Shown: piece after piece, positions 53,790 through 62,462 of the stretch | Layout: each line of letters begins with the position of its first letter | Position numbering within the stretch: the stretch's first letter is position 1 | Assembly (NCBI RefSeq): GCF_040219635.1 | Contig: NZ_JAVJSC010000003.1 | Span: forward strand, 548,120-612,119 | DNA length: 64,000 bases | Direction of reading: 5' to 3' | Source: Pyruvatibacter sp. | GTDB taxonomy: Bacteria; Pseudomonadota; Alphaproteobacteria; CGMCC-115125 | The notes under the pieces: model-generated | Seen by the model: the letters and a program-made list of their open reading frames with translations, nothing else | Databases searched by the model: none | Told to the model about the DNA's origin: nothing | Made by a program: the position numbers and the translations under genes

Positions 53790-54863
53790 ATGCCCCGTTC
53801 TATTTCACAGCAGGATGTCAGCTGGTTTCTAGACCTGCATGAGAAGAACCAACTTGATCTCGACCCTCCGTATCAAAGACGGAGCGTCTGGACACTTAGC
53901 GACAAGCGGTTTTTCATAGACACCATCCTGAATGACTATCCAGCGCCTCCCATCTTTCTACACAAGTCGCTAGACGAAGGCGGTAGGCCCACATATCACG
54001 TCGTTGATGGCAAGCAACGACTTACTACCATAATTGATTTTGTCGCCGGTAAAATCCGTATACCCGACGACTTTGGCGATACCAGCTTGCAGAAGAAACG
54101 ATGGAAAGACTTGCAGCGCGAAACTCGCGAAGCATTCTGGAACTATGTCCTTATCGTCGAGATGCTGCCAAGCGTTGACGAAGCTTCCGTAAGAGACACG
54201 TTTGAGCGAATTAACAGGAATTCGAGGAAACTCGAGCGACAAGAAATCCGCCACGCAAAGTTTGATGGTTGGCTGATAAATTCCGTCGAAACCGAGGCCA
54301 ACAGAGATGAGTGGAAAGAGTTCGGCATAGTAACAACGGCACGCGCTAAACGTATGTCAGACGTCCAATTCATTTCGGAATTATATGCAGTTGTCCTCAA
54401 ACGCAAACTGAACGGCTTCGATCAAGATTGGCTGGACAATCTTTACGCAGAATATGAGGACCCCCAAGAAGATCCTTTGTTCATCGAACAAAATTTCGCA
54501 GAGGTCTTCGAGAAAACAAAGAAAGTTGTTGGGGAAGTTTTAGAGCACTGCCCCGACATCAAGAACCACACCAAAGTACTGGTACATTTTTACACGCTTT
54601 GGGGGTTCTTGGTGCTGCACACCGACAAAAAATTTGATCCAAAGGTTTTTGCAGACAAGTACATCACTTTCATGAACAACGTGACAGAGGAGATAAAAGC
54701 AGCGGCATCCGACAACCCCAGCCCCACAGTGGATGAGGCAATCCGCATCTACGCAGCCAACTCACGCGGAGCGAGCACAGATCATACCCCGCGCGCGGCA
54801 CGTCTCAGTCAACTGGTAACCGCAATGGCAGGGATCCAAGGCGTCAACCATGAAGGTAGCTAA
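53790..54863 (+). CDS. DUF262 (GmrS/ParB-like NTP-binding) domain protein without a DUF1524 nuclease domain
   Basis: LDLDPPYQRRSVWTLSDKRFFIDTIL (QR..vW) and VVDGKQRLTTI (DGQQR-type) motifs, followed by a ~200-aa helical C-terminal region. GAAGGA RBS. Confidence 0.8.
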   Translation: MPRSISQQDVSWFLDLHEKNQLDLDPPYQRRSVWTLSDKRFFIDTILNDYPAPPIFLHKSLDEGGRPTYHVVDGKQRLTTIIDFVAGKIRIPDDFGDTSLQKKRWKDLQRETREAFWNYVLIVEMLPSVDEASVRDTFERINRNSRKLERQEIRHAKFDGWLINSVETEANRDEWKEFGIVTTARAKRMSDVQFISELYAVVLKRKLNGFDQDWLDNLYAEYEDPQEDPLFIEQNFAEVFEKTKKVVGEVLEHCPDIKNHTKVLVHFYTLWGFLVLHTDKKFDPKVFADKYITFMNNVTEEIKAAASDNPSPTVDEAIRIYAANSRGASTDHTPRAARLSQLVTAMAGIQGVNHEGS

Positions 54864-55830
54864 TGGAATCCGCAACACGTTCCATGAACAACATCCGTTC
54901 TTCGAGCGCTTGGCGGAGGAGGTTGAAGGAAAGCTCGGTGGGCAGGTTGTTCAAAGAGGTTGGTTCTTCGTCCACAGACTTAAGGAACTAGAGAGTTTTG
55001 CGCTCAAAGTCGAAACGGGGCGCGTGGAGCATCCTGATCGCATGGATGACTTTTTTGCTTGCACAATTGTTGTTCCGACGGTCGCTCAGATCGATGACGC
55101 AGAGACCCTCGTTCGCTCGATTTACAAAGTAGTCGAGCGGCGCCCGAACGACAAAGATAGAACCCACAAGAAGGCATCGGATTTTGTATTCGATGATCTG
55201 CGAATTTATTTGCAGCGACAACCTTCAGACACGGGGCGGAACGCCGACCTAGATGAGTTGGTGTTCGAGGTACAAATCAAAACTATCTTGCAACATGCTT
55301 GGAGCATCGCTTCACATGATCTGATCTACAAGACAGACGCCATTAGTTGGTCGAAAGAGCGTATCGCGTTTCAGGTCAAAGCGATGCTTGAACATGCAGA
55401 AATAGCCATTGCGGAAGCTGAGCAATTGGCAAAGTCGTCAGTGATGTTGGTGAGTGACCAAAATACTGAAGATACTTTAACTGTCGTCACCGCCCTTCGC
55501 TCGTTTTGGGATGCAGAGCGCCTGCCGACAGACATCAAACGGCTTGCCGAGAACGTAAGGGGAGTGCTCGAAGCCTGTGAACTACAACCTAAAGCTTTGC
55601 CAGACCTTCTAGAGGATGAGCGCAACCGCATTGGCTTTATCCCGAAAGACCTCGCTCCATACGCTTTTTTTGTACAGGCACTCGCCCATGCCAAGTCACT
55701 CGATCTGGAAAAGAAACTGAACAGCCACAAGAATAGGCGCATCAAGATTTTTGTGCATGACGATATGGAGCTACCAACCTGGATGAAAGACGACCACAAG
55801 CGGATTGTTCGCCTAAAGAAGAATACTTAA
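54850..55830 (+). CDS. RelA/SpoT-domain (RSH/small-alarmone-synthetase-like) nucleotidyltransferase
   Basis: HRLKELESFALKV...MDDFFACTIVV...FDDLRIYLQ...LVFEVQIKTILQHAWSIASHDLIYK follows the R.K..S...K / D..g.Riv / EvQIRT...H.W...H...YK order of the RelA_SpoT synthetase fold. The ATG overlaps the DUF262 ORF by 14 nt. Confidence 0.7.
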   Translation: MKVANGIRNTFHEQHPFFERLAEEVEGKLGGQVVQRGWFFVHRLKELESFALKVETGRVEHPDRMDDFFACTIVVPTVAQIDDAETLVRSIYKVVERRPNDKDRTHKKASDFVFDDLRIYLQRQPSDTGRNADLDELVFEVQIKTILQHAWSIASHDLIYKTDAISWSKERIAFQVKAMLEHAEIAIAEAEQLAKSSVMLVSDQNTEDTLTVVTALRSFWDAERLPTDIKRLAENVRGVLEACELQPKALPDLLEDERNRIGFIPKDLAPYAFFVQALAHAKSLDLEKKLNSHKNRRIKIFVHDDMELPTWMKDDHKRIVRLKKNT

Positions 55831-56032
55831 GCTGACAGCAAACGCGCACAGCCTCATACGCACTAGCGCCCCACTGTATTCCTCTAAAGAGTTGGGTGCA
55901 GAGCTGCAGACCGGGACACTCTCAGCCGTTCATGTAACCCACGCGTAACCGAAGGGCGCATGGGAGCCCCAAACGCCCGCAAGTTGAGCAAATGAAATTG
56001 GCGGAAAAGCACCACTCTAAGCGCTAAGAAAT

Positions 56033-56107
56033 TGGAGCGGGCGATGAGATTCGAACTCACGACCCCAACCTTGGCAAGGTTGTGCTCTACCCCTGAGCTA
56101 CGCCCGC
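56033..56107 (-). tRNA. tRNA-Gly: tRNA-Gly (anticodon GCC)
   Basis: Reverse complement: GCGGGCG-TA-GCTCAGGGGTAGAGC-A-CAACC-TTGCCAA-GGTTG-GGGTC-GTGAG-TTCGAAT-CTCAT-CGCCCGC-TCCA. This gives a full cloverleaf, a GCC anticodon and an encoded CCA. Confidence 0.95.
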
Positions 56108-56407
56108 TCTGACGTGGCCTGCATGTCGCAGGCCGGGCGGGCCTGTGTGCCCACCCCCAAGGGAGCGGTGTTATTGCGCAAGAAATGTATGATTGCAAGA
56201 GGCTAGATGGCCCCCGCAATGGTGATGCCCACACCGAGCGCACCCCTCTTGAACTCCCTCGTTAGGTGCATACCGGGAGATGTTCACGCCCGGCCCCTCT
56301 GCATATGTGCAACCGCCCCGTGCTATAGTGGGCAAAAGCCCCCCTCACCCCATATTGGGTGGTGCGGCGGAGCTCCAACAGCAAAACAAGAGCGCACGCA
56401 GGAGAAC

Positions 56408-57358
56408 ATGATGAGCGATATTTCAGGCATCGGCAGCCCGCCCGACGACGCACCCAAAGTCCAGGCCCCTGGCGGCGCTGCAGACCTCATCAAGGATGCC
56501 ACCACCCAGACATTTGCCACCGATGTGCTGGATGCCAGCGCGCATACCCCCATCATAGTCGATTTCTGGGCCCCGTGGTGCGGTCCCTGCAAGCAATTGA
56601 CGCCGATACTTGAAAAAGTCGTGCAGCAGGCCGGCGGCGCCGTGCGCCTGGTGAAAATGAACATTGACGACCACCCCGAGGTCGCCCAGCAACTTCGTGT
56701 GCAGTCCATTCCCGCCGTGTTTGCGTTCAAGAACGGCCAGCCGGTGGATGGCTTCATGGGCGCGCTGCCTGAAAGCCAGATCAAGCGCTTCGTCGAAGCG
56801 CTGGCGGGCGGTGCCCTTGAGCCCACCCAGAGCGAACAGATGCTGGAAGCCGCCGCACAGGCGCTGGACGCTGGCGACATCGGCACCGCCGCACAGGCAT
56901 TTGCCGCCGTCCTGCAGGAAGAGCGCGAGAACCCAAAGGCCATCGCCGGACTGGCGCGCTGCTATATCGCATCCGGCGATCACGACCGTGCCGGCGAGGT
57001 GCTGGGTCTGGCGCAGGGCAACGCAGCCAACGATCCTGATATTGCCGGTGCCCGCGCGGCGCTTGAGCTGGCCCAGGCAGGCCCTGCCACGCCGGAAATC
57101 GACCTCGCCCCTCTGCACGCCAAGCTCGAGGCTGATCCCAACGACCATGCAACCCGTCTGGAGCTTGCCGTGGCGCTCAATGCCGTTGGCGACCGCAGTG
57201 CCGCAACCGACCAGCTAATTGAAAGCGTCCGCCGTGACCGGGCATGGAACGATGAGGCCGCCCGCGCGCAGTTGCTGCAGTTCTTTGAGGCGTGGGGCCC
57301 AATGGATGAGGCCACTCAGACGGGCCGCCGCAAACTCTCCTCTGTTTTGTTTTCCTAG
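56408..57358 (+). CDS. thioredoxin-domain / TPR co-chaperone (YbbN/CnoX-like)
   Basis: WAPWCGPCK thioredoxin motif followed by an Ala-rich TPR-like C-terminus. GGAGAAC before the ATG at 56408 (the track ORF from 56207 overlaps the tRNA promoter region). Confidence 0.85.
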   Translation: MMSDISGIGSPPDDAPKVQAPGGAADLIKDATTQTFATDVLDASAHTPIIVDFWAPWCGPCKQLTPILEKVVQQAGGAVRLVKMNIDDHPEVAQQLRVQSIPAVFAFKNGQPVDGFMGALPESQIKRFVEALAGGALEPTQSEQMLEAAAQALDAGDIGTAAQAFAAVLQEERENPKAIAGLARCYIASGDHDRAGEVLGLAQGNAANDPDIAGARAALELAQAGPATPEIDLAPLHAKLEADPNDHATRLELAVALNAVGDRSAATDQLIESVRRDRAWNDEAARAQLLQFFEAWGPMDEATQTGRRKLSSVLFS

Positions 57359-57390
57359 ACCTTCATCTACGCCCGCCACAGAAAGCCGCT

Positions 57391-58074
57391 ATGACCTCGC
57401 GCTATCAGTCGATCAAAGACCTTCCGGCCAAGCTCCCCATCTTCCCGTTGGGGGGTGCATTGTTGTTGCCGCGCGGGATTTTGCCGCTCAATATTTTCGA
57501 GCAGCGCTATCTGGCGATGGTGGATGCAGCATTGCGTTCCGGCAACCGGATGATCGGCATGATCCAGCCCAAGGGCAACGATGCCGGCTTTGGTCAGTCA
57601 GATGCCAAAGCACGCCCTGCAATCCATCAGGTGGGATGCGTCGGCCGCATCACCGGCTTCAATGAAACAGAAGACGGGCGCATCCTGATGACGCTCACCG
57701 GGATATGCCGGTTCAAGGTCGCGCAGGAACTGGACGCCATGACGCCGTACCGGCAGGTCACCGCAGACTATGCGCCGTTTCATGGTGACCTTGCCGCAGG
57801 CGACGGCGAAGACGATGTGAACCGCAAGGGCCTGCTGGATATTCTCAGGCGCTATCTTGAATCCAACGGGATGCAGGCCGACTGGGACGCCATTGAGCGC
57901 TCCTCCAACGAGGCTCTGGTGAACTCCCTCTCCATGATTTCGCCGTTTGGTCCGCAGGAAAAGCAGGCGATGCTTGAAGCGCCAACGCTGGAGCAGCGCA
58001 ACCAGATTTTGATTGCCCTTGCCGAGATGGCGCTGGCGCAAACCCAGGCTGATGATGATACAACGCTGCAATAG
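57391..58074 (+). CDS. LON-N (ATP-dependent protease La substrate-binding) domain protein
   Basis: LPIFPLGGALLLPRGILPLNIFEQRYLAMV signature. Confidence 0.85.
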   Translation: MTSRYQSIKDLPAKLPIFPLGGALLLPRGILPLNIFEQRYLAMVDAALRSGNRMIGMIQPKGNDAGFGQSDAKARPAIHQVGCVGRITGFNETEDGRILMTLTGICRFKVAQELDAMTPYRQVTADYAPFHGDLAAGDGEDDVNRKGLLDILRRYLESNGMQADWDAIERSSNEALVNSLSMISPFGPQEKQAMLEAPTLEQRNQILIALAEMALAQTQADDDTTLQ

Positions 58075-58107
58075 CAGCACCTTGAAGACGACACAGGACA
58101 CAGTGCC

Positions 58108-58359
58108 ATGAGCGACGCCAAATCACCTGACGCCATTCCCGGTGCCGACAGCACACTGCGCGCTGCCGCAGGCGAGGTGGACCCCAAGCTGCTGGAGATC
58201 CTTGTGTGCCCTGTGACCCGCGACACGCTGCACTATGACCGCGACAAACAGGAACTGGTCAGCAGGAGCGCCCGCCTCGCCTACCCGATCCGCGACGGCA
58301 TTCCCATCATGCTGCCCGAAGAAGCCCGCTCCCTTGATGATGCGCCGACAGGTGCCTGA
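58108..58359 (+). CDS. Trm112-family (UPF0434) small zinc-ribbon-like protein
   Basis: [47 protein letters not shown]. Confidence 0.85.
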   Translation: MSDAKSPDAIPGADSTLRAAAGEVDPKLLEILVCPVTRDTLHYDRDKQELVSRSARLAYPIRDGIPIMLPEEARSLDDAPTGA

Positions 58360-58363
58360 ACCG

Positions 58364-58750
58364 ATGAGCACCACCAAAGCCGCCGCCGCAACAACCGCTC
58401 GCCCCTGGCCGACAGAACTGCGGCTCAAAAAAAGCGAGCGCGTTCTGGAGGTCGATTTTGACGACGGCAACACATTTGCCATCAGTGCCGAGTTGCTGCG
58501 CGTCGAAAGCCCGTCCGCCGAAGTACAGGGCCACGGCTCAGGCCAGAAAAAAACCGTGCCCGGCAAGCGCGCCGTTGCCATTGAAAAGGTGGAACCTGTC
58601 GGCACCTACGCCGTGCGCCTGATCTTCTCCGACAGCCACGACTCAGGCCTGTTCACCTGGGACTACCTGCACGAGCTTGGCCGCGATGCCGACGCCAAAA
58701 TGGATGCCTACCTCAGCGCTCTCGACGAAAAAGGCTTGAGCCGCGACTAG
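58364..58750 (+). CDS. DUF971 (gamma-butyrobetaine hydroxylase-like N-terminal domain) protein
   Basis: ...LEVDFDDGNTFAISAELLRVESPSAEVQGH...VEPVGTYAVRLIFSDSHDSGLFTWDYLHELG. ATG at 58364. Confidence 0.8.
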   Translation: MSTTKAAAATTARPWPTELRLKKSERVLEVDFDDGNTFAISAELLRVESPSAEVQGHGSGQKKTVPGKRAVAIEKVEPVGTYAVRLIFSDSHDSGLFTWDYLHELGRDADAKMDAYLSALDEKGLSRD

Positions 58751-58789
58751 GGTGGCCCGACACTCGTGTCCAGCCATTTGGAGGGACAC

Positions 58790-59242
58790 ATGCTTAGCCG
58801 TTTCAAAATCCCGCTCATCGCACTTGCTGCATTCGCCATCGGCCAACTGGGACCGCTAACATGGGTGTTCTGGCAGGCCGCTGAATGGCGGCTCCCGCAG
58901 ATCAAGGCGGAGAGCCTTGCCGAACCAAGTCCGTTTGAAACGATGTCAGAAGACGTCTGGATCGCGCAGACGCAGAACGCATTCGCGATTGAAGTGAAGA
59001 AAGAGAAGTTGGCCCCGGTCCATCTTCTGGTCATTTCAAAACAACGCTACGAGACGATACTCGACGTTCCGGCTGATATCCGTGGTGAGATGCTCAATTT
59101 TGCAGTCGAGCTTGCGCGCGCCCAAGGCGTTGCAGATAGCGGATTTCGTCTGACCACCAACACCAATCCGCAAGGGGCTCAAACGGTTTATCACGTTCAT
59201 ATTCATGTCATTGGCGGGCGCCAGATGGGGTGGCTTGGATAG
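58790..59242 (+). CDS. HIT-family (histidine triad) protein with N-terminal TM segment
   Basis: HVHIHVIGG triad. GGAGGG before the ATG at 58790 (the track start at 58766 is GTG). Confidence 0.8.
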   Translation: MLSRFKIPLIALAAFAIGQLGPLTWVFWQAAEWRLPQIKAESLAEPSPFETMSEDVWIAQTQNAFAIEVKKEKLAPVHLLVISKQRYETILDVPADIRGEMLNFAVELARAQGVADSGFRLTTNTNPQGAQTVYHVHIHVIGGRQMGWLG

Positions 59243-59304
59243 CACAGTTGTGCTGGCTCCCCGCCATCCCCATATCTGCGACACACGCGGGAGAGGGACA
59301 GACA

Positions 59305-59676
59305 ATGACGCTGATAACAGACAACATATTCTGGATACTGATTGTTTCAGGCGCACTCACGTCAACCATGCTGTTGGCAGCCGTAGCCCCACGCCCTGTA
59401 TTTCAGCAGTTTTTTGGCAACCCGCTGGAAGGGCCGCTTGGCAACGCCATCATGCGCAACTGGGGCCTGATCGTCGGCATGTCCGGCCTGTTGCTCATCT
59501 ACTCAGCATTTGACGAAACCATCCGTACACCAATCATGCTGTTTTCCATTATCGGAAAGCTGTTCTTTGTGGGCCTGGTGTTCGCAGCCGGCGGTAGTCT
59601 CAGGGCGGCCCGCGGTGGTGCACTCATTGACCTTGTGATTTGCGCACTGTTCGTTGCCTATCTCATTGGCACCTGA
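59305..59676 (+). CDS. hypothetical 4-TM membrane protein
   Basis: GGGAGAGGGA upstream of the ATG at 59305; hydrophobic 123 aa. Confidence 0.5.
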   Translation: MTLITDNIFWILIVSGALTSTMLLAAVAPRPVFQQFFGNPLEGPLGNAIMRNWGLIVGMSGLLLIYSAFDETIRTPIMLFSIIGKLFFVGLVFAAGGSLRAARGGALIDLVICALFVAYLIGT

Positions 59677-59690
59677 CAAAACGCCAGCGG

Positions 59691-60935
59691 CTAGCCGCGC
59701 ATCAGCCTCGGCAACTCGCCAACGGCACCGGCCGCCTGCCGCATGAACAGGCGGCGCGCAGGGCCGAAACGGTTGACGAGATCAAGCCCGATGTCGCGGG
59801 CAAACCGCAGCAGCGCGATGTCGTTTGAGAACAGGCGGTTGAGGCCGTCTGTCATGGCGGCAAGTGCTGTGCTGTCAAACCGCCGCCAGCGCTGGTAGCG
59901 GTCCAGCACCGTCAGTGCGCCAATGTCCAGGCCCACGTCACGAGCCTCTACCAGCACATCAACCAGCGCCGCTACATCGCGCACACCCAGGTTGTAACCC
60001 TGCCCTGCGAGCGGATGAATGGCGTGCGCGGCATCCCCCACCAGCGCAAGGCGCGGACGCACATATTCACGCGCCAGTTGCAGCGACAACGGATAAGACC
60101 AGCGCGGACCTTCAGGCCGGCACGCGCCAAGATAACTGCCGAACCTGTCCTGTGCTTCTGCCGCAAAGGCTGCGTCATCCAGCGCCATCAAATCGGCAGC
60201 GACGGATTTTTTTTCGGTCCACACAAGCGACGAGCGGTTGCCGGTCATCGGCAGAACCGCAAACGGCCCGCCGGGCAAAAAATATTCCTGCGCCACACCT
60301 TCATGCGGCAGGTCGTGCGTCATGGTGGTGACAATGCCGGCCTGATCGTATCCCCAGCCGACGGTTCTGATACCTGCCTGTTCGCGCACCGGGCTGCCAC
60401 GCCCGTCTGCCGCCACACACAAAGCTGCACGCACCGCCGATCCGTCATCAAGTGACACATCCACATGCCCGGGGTGATAAGCGACATTCTGAACGCGGGC
60501 GGGCGCAATCAGCGTGATTGCATCACACGCTGCAACCGCATCCAGCAGCGCTTCGCGCAGGTGGCGGTTTTCAACAAAGTGGCCCAGCGGCGCACTGCCG
60601 GTTTCATCGGCGATTTCAGCCGCGGCAAAATGCAGAAACATCGGCGACGCTCCTTCGCGCACCTTACCGTCAGTCACCAGAATGTCGTTGATCGGTTGCT
60701 CGCGGCCTTGAAGGCGGTGGGCGATGCCGAGCGCCTCAAACAGCCGCCATGACGCATAGGCAATGGATGAGTTACGGCCATCATAGGCCGCACCCACCAC
60801 CGTCCTGGGGTCCTGCGCATCCACCACAACCACACGAAACGGCGCCCCTGCCCGACCACTCGCAAGCGCCAGTGCAGCGGTCAGCCCCACAAGGCCGCCA
60901 CCGGCAATGACAATATCTGTTTCCTGCATGTTCAT
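59691..60935 (-). CDS. UbiH/UbiF/VisC/COQ6-family FAD-dependent ubiquinone-biosynthesis hydroxylase
   Basis: DIVIAGGGLVGL dinucleotide fold, LVGDAAHAIHPLAGQGYNLG motif. ATG at 60935 or 60929. Confidence 0.85.
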   Translation of the reverse strand: MNMQETDIVIAGGGLVGLTAALALASGRAGAPFRVVVVDAQDPRTVVGAAYDGRNSSIAYASWRLFEALGIAHRLQGREQPINDILVTDGKVREGASPMFLHFAAAEIADETGSAPLGHFVENRHLREALLDAVAACDAITLIAPARVQNVAYHPGHVDVSLDDGSAVRAALCVAADGRGSPVREQAGIRTVGWGYDQAGIVTTMTHDLPHEGVAQEYFLPGGPFAVLPMTGNRSSLVWTEKKSVAADLMALDDAAFAAEAQDRFGSYLGACRPEGPRWSYPLSLQLAREYVRPRLALVGDAAHAIHPLAGQGYNLGVRDVAALVDVLVEARDVGLDIGALTVLDRYQRWRRFDSTALAAMTDGLNRLFSNDIALLRFARDIGLDLVNRFGPARRLFMRQAAGAVGELPRLMRG

Positions 60936-61032
60936 AGGGGCAAGGTGGCTCACCGCCTGCAGATCAGCAAGCCCTGGCAGCACTGCACGGCAAACCGTGG
61001 CGAAATGTCCCGCACCAGCATACGCTGCCCAC

Positions 61033-62391
61033 ATGACATCTCCCGCGCCGCTTACAGCCCTGGAAATTGGCAAAGCCATTTCCGACGGAACCATTGATCC
61101 ACGCGATTTGCTGGAAGGCTATGCCGCCCGCATTGCCGAACGCGATGCAGAGGCGCGCATTTTTTACCGCACGACCTTGCCGCGCGCCCGCGCCGAGGCA
61201 AAGGCGGCCCGTGAACGTGCGCGGGCAGGCCTTGGGCGCTCTCCCCTCGATGGTGTGCCGCTTTCGTGGAAAGACCTGTTTGACAGCGCGGGCACACAAA
61301 CACCTGCGGGATCAAAGATGCTGGCCGGTCGTGTGCCCCGGCACGACGCTGCGGCGTTGGCCCGGCTTACGGCAGCAGGCACGGTCTGCATCGGCAAAAC
61401 AGCAATGACGGAACTCGCGTTTTCCGGTCTTGGCATAAACCCGGTTTACGGAACACCGGCCAATGCGTGGGACGCCGGAACTGAGCGTGTGCCCGGCGGC
61501 TCGTCTTCGGGTGCTGCCGTCAGCCTCGCGCACGATATGTGTGCAGCGGCAATCGGCACCGACACCGGCGGCTCGGTGCGCATTCCCGCATCATGGAACG
61601 GCCTTGTTGGATTCAAACCAAATCATGGCAGCATATCAACGCGGGGTGTTGTGCCTCTTTGTCTGTCGCTGGACACTGTCGGCCCGCTGACCCGCTGTGT
61701 GTCAGATGCAGCAGCATTGTTTGCGCTGATGGCAGGTACGCGCGCACCAGTGCTGGAAGATGAGACGCTCCGGGGGCGGAGCATCATTGTGCCTGATGAG
61801 CTCGTGTTTGATGATGCAGATGCCGGCATTGCGCAGGCTGTGGAAGCTGCGCTCGACACCATTGAAAAGTCAGGCGCCCACGTGCGCCGCGAGGCTGCTG
61901 ACCCCATAAGCCGAATGAATACACTGACATGGGACAGCGGCATTTCGCTTGCCGCCGTTGAAGCCTGGGGGCATTGGGGTGACACGATCAAGCGGCACGG
62001 CGCACTGATGTATCCGCCCGTCCGCGCCCGATTTGAGGGTGGCGCAAAACCATCCGCGCAGGACGTATGGAGGCTTATGATCGAACGCAACCACCAGCGT
62101 TCCGCCCTCAGTGCGCAGTTGGCAGCGGTGGATGCCATTGCCATGCCGACCATCCCCATTGATCCACCGTCCATCGCAGCCCTTGCAGATGGTGGCCCTG
62201 ACTATGACCGTGCCAACCGGCTGGCGCTGCGTAACACAACCTTGGCCAATCAACTGGACATGTGCGCCATAACGCTTCCCGTGGGCACCAGCGCGGCGGG
62301 CTTGCCGGTTGGCCTGATGCTGATGGCTCCAAGGGGCCGTGACGTGCGGTTGTTGCGCCTCGCCCACGCCGTGGAGAGGGCGCTGGCTTGA
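61033..62391 (+). CDS. amidase-signature family protein
   Basis: GGSSSGAAVSLA and GTDTGGSVRIPAS blocks. ATG at 61033 (the track ORF from 60907 overlaps the divergent ubiH-like start). Confidence 0.85.
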   Translation: MTSPAPLTALEIGKAISDGTIDPRDLLEGYAARIAERDAEARIFYRTTLPRARAEAKAARERARAGLGRSPLDGVPLSWKDLFDSAGTQTPAGSKMLAGRVPRHDAAALARLTAAGTVCIGKTAMTELAFSGLGINPVYGTPANAWDAGTERVPGGSSSGAAVSLAHDMCAAAIGTDTGGSVRIPASWNGLVGFKPNHGSISTRGVVPLCLSLDTVGPLTRCVSDAAALFALMAGTRAPVLEDETLRGRSIIVPDELVFDDADAGIAQAVEAALDTIEKSGAHVRREAADPISRMNTLTWDSGISLAAVEAWGHWGDTIKRHGALMYPPVRARFEGGAKPSAQDVWRLMIERNHQRSALSAQLAAVDAIAMPTIPIDPPSIAALADGGPDYDRANRLALRNTTLANQLDMCAITLPVGTSAAGLPVGLMLMAPRGRDVRLLRLAHAVERALA

Positions 62392-62410
62392 AGACGCGGC
62401 CATAAAAAAC

Positions 62411-62442
62411 GGGTGCCGGAAAAACCGGCACCCGCTCTTTTT
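62411..62442. terminator. bidirectional rho-independent terminator
   Basis: aaaaaac-GGGTGCCGG-aaaaa-CCGGCACCC-gctcttttt, between convergent genes. Confidence 0.8.
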
Positions 62443-62462
62443 ATCCGTAGGCAGACTAAAGC

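Larger units (their letters stand above)
36122..56107. mobile_element. ~20 kb tRNA-Gly-integrated genomic (defence) island, probably composite
   Basis: Bounded by the 53-bp direct repeat and the intact tRNA. Contains a tyrosine integrase, Xis-like HTH, prim-pol/helicase and an integrase 3' remnant. Visibly lower GC (line 40081-40140 is 30/60 GC versus 41/60 for core line 20281-20340). Confidence 0.85.

Noticed and set aside
56117-56135. Small hairpin GGCCTGC-atgtc-GCAGGCC just beyond the 5' end of the tRNA gene.
   Set aside because: It lies upstream of the tRNA (in the promoter region) with no T-tract and no upstream gene to terminate. The stem is too short and too common in GC-rich DNA to assign a function.
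55884-56243. Three ORFs (33467-33673, 36109-36384, 55884-56243) share a peptide ...VVSSN[LV]IARSNF..., which could look like a small repeated protein family.
   Set aside because: The shared peptide is simply the translation of the tRNA-Gly 3' repeat read on the minus strand. The similarity is the att repeat, not a coding family.
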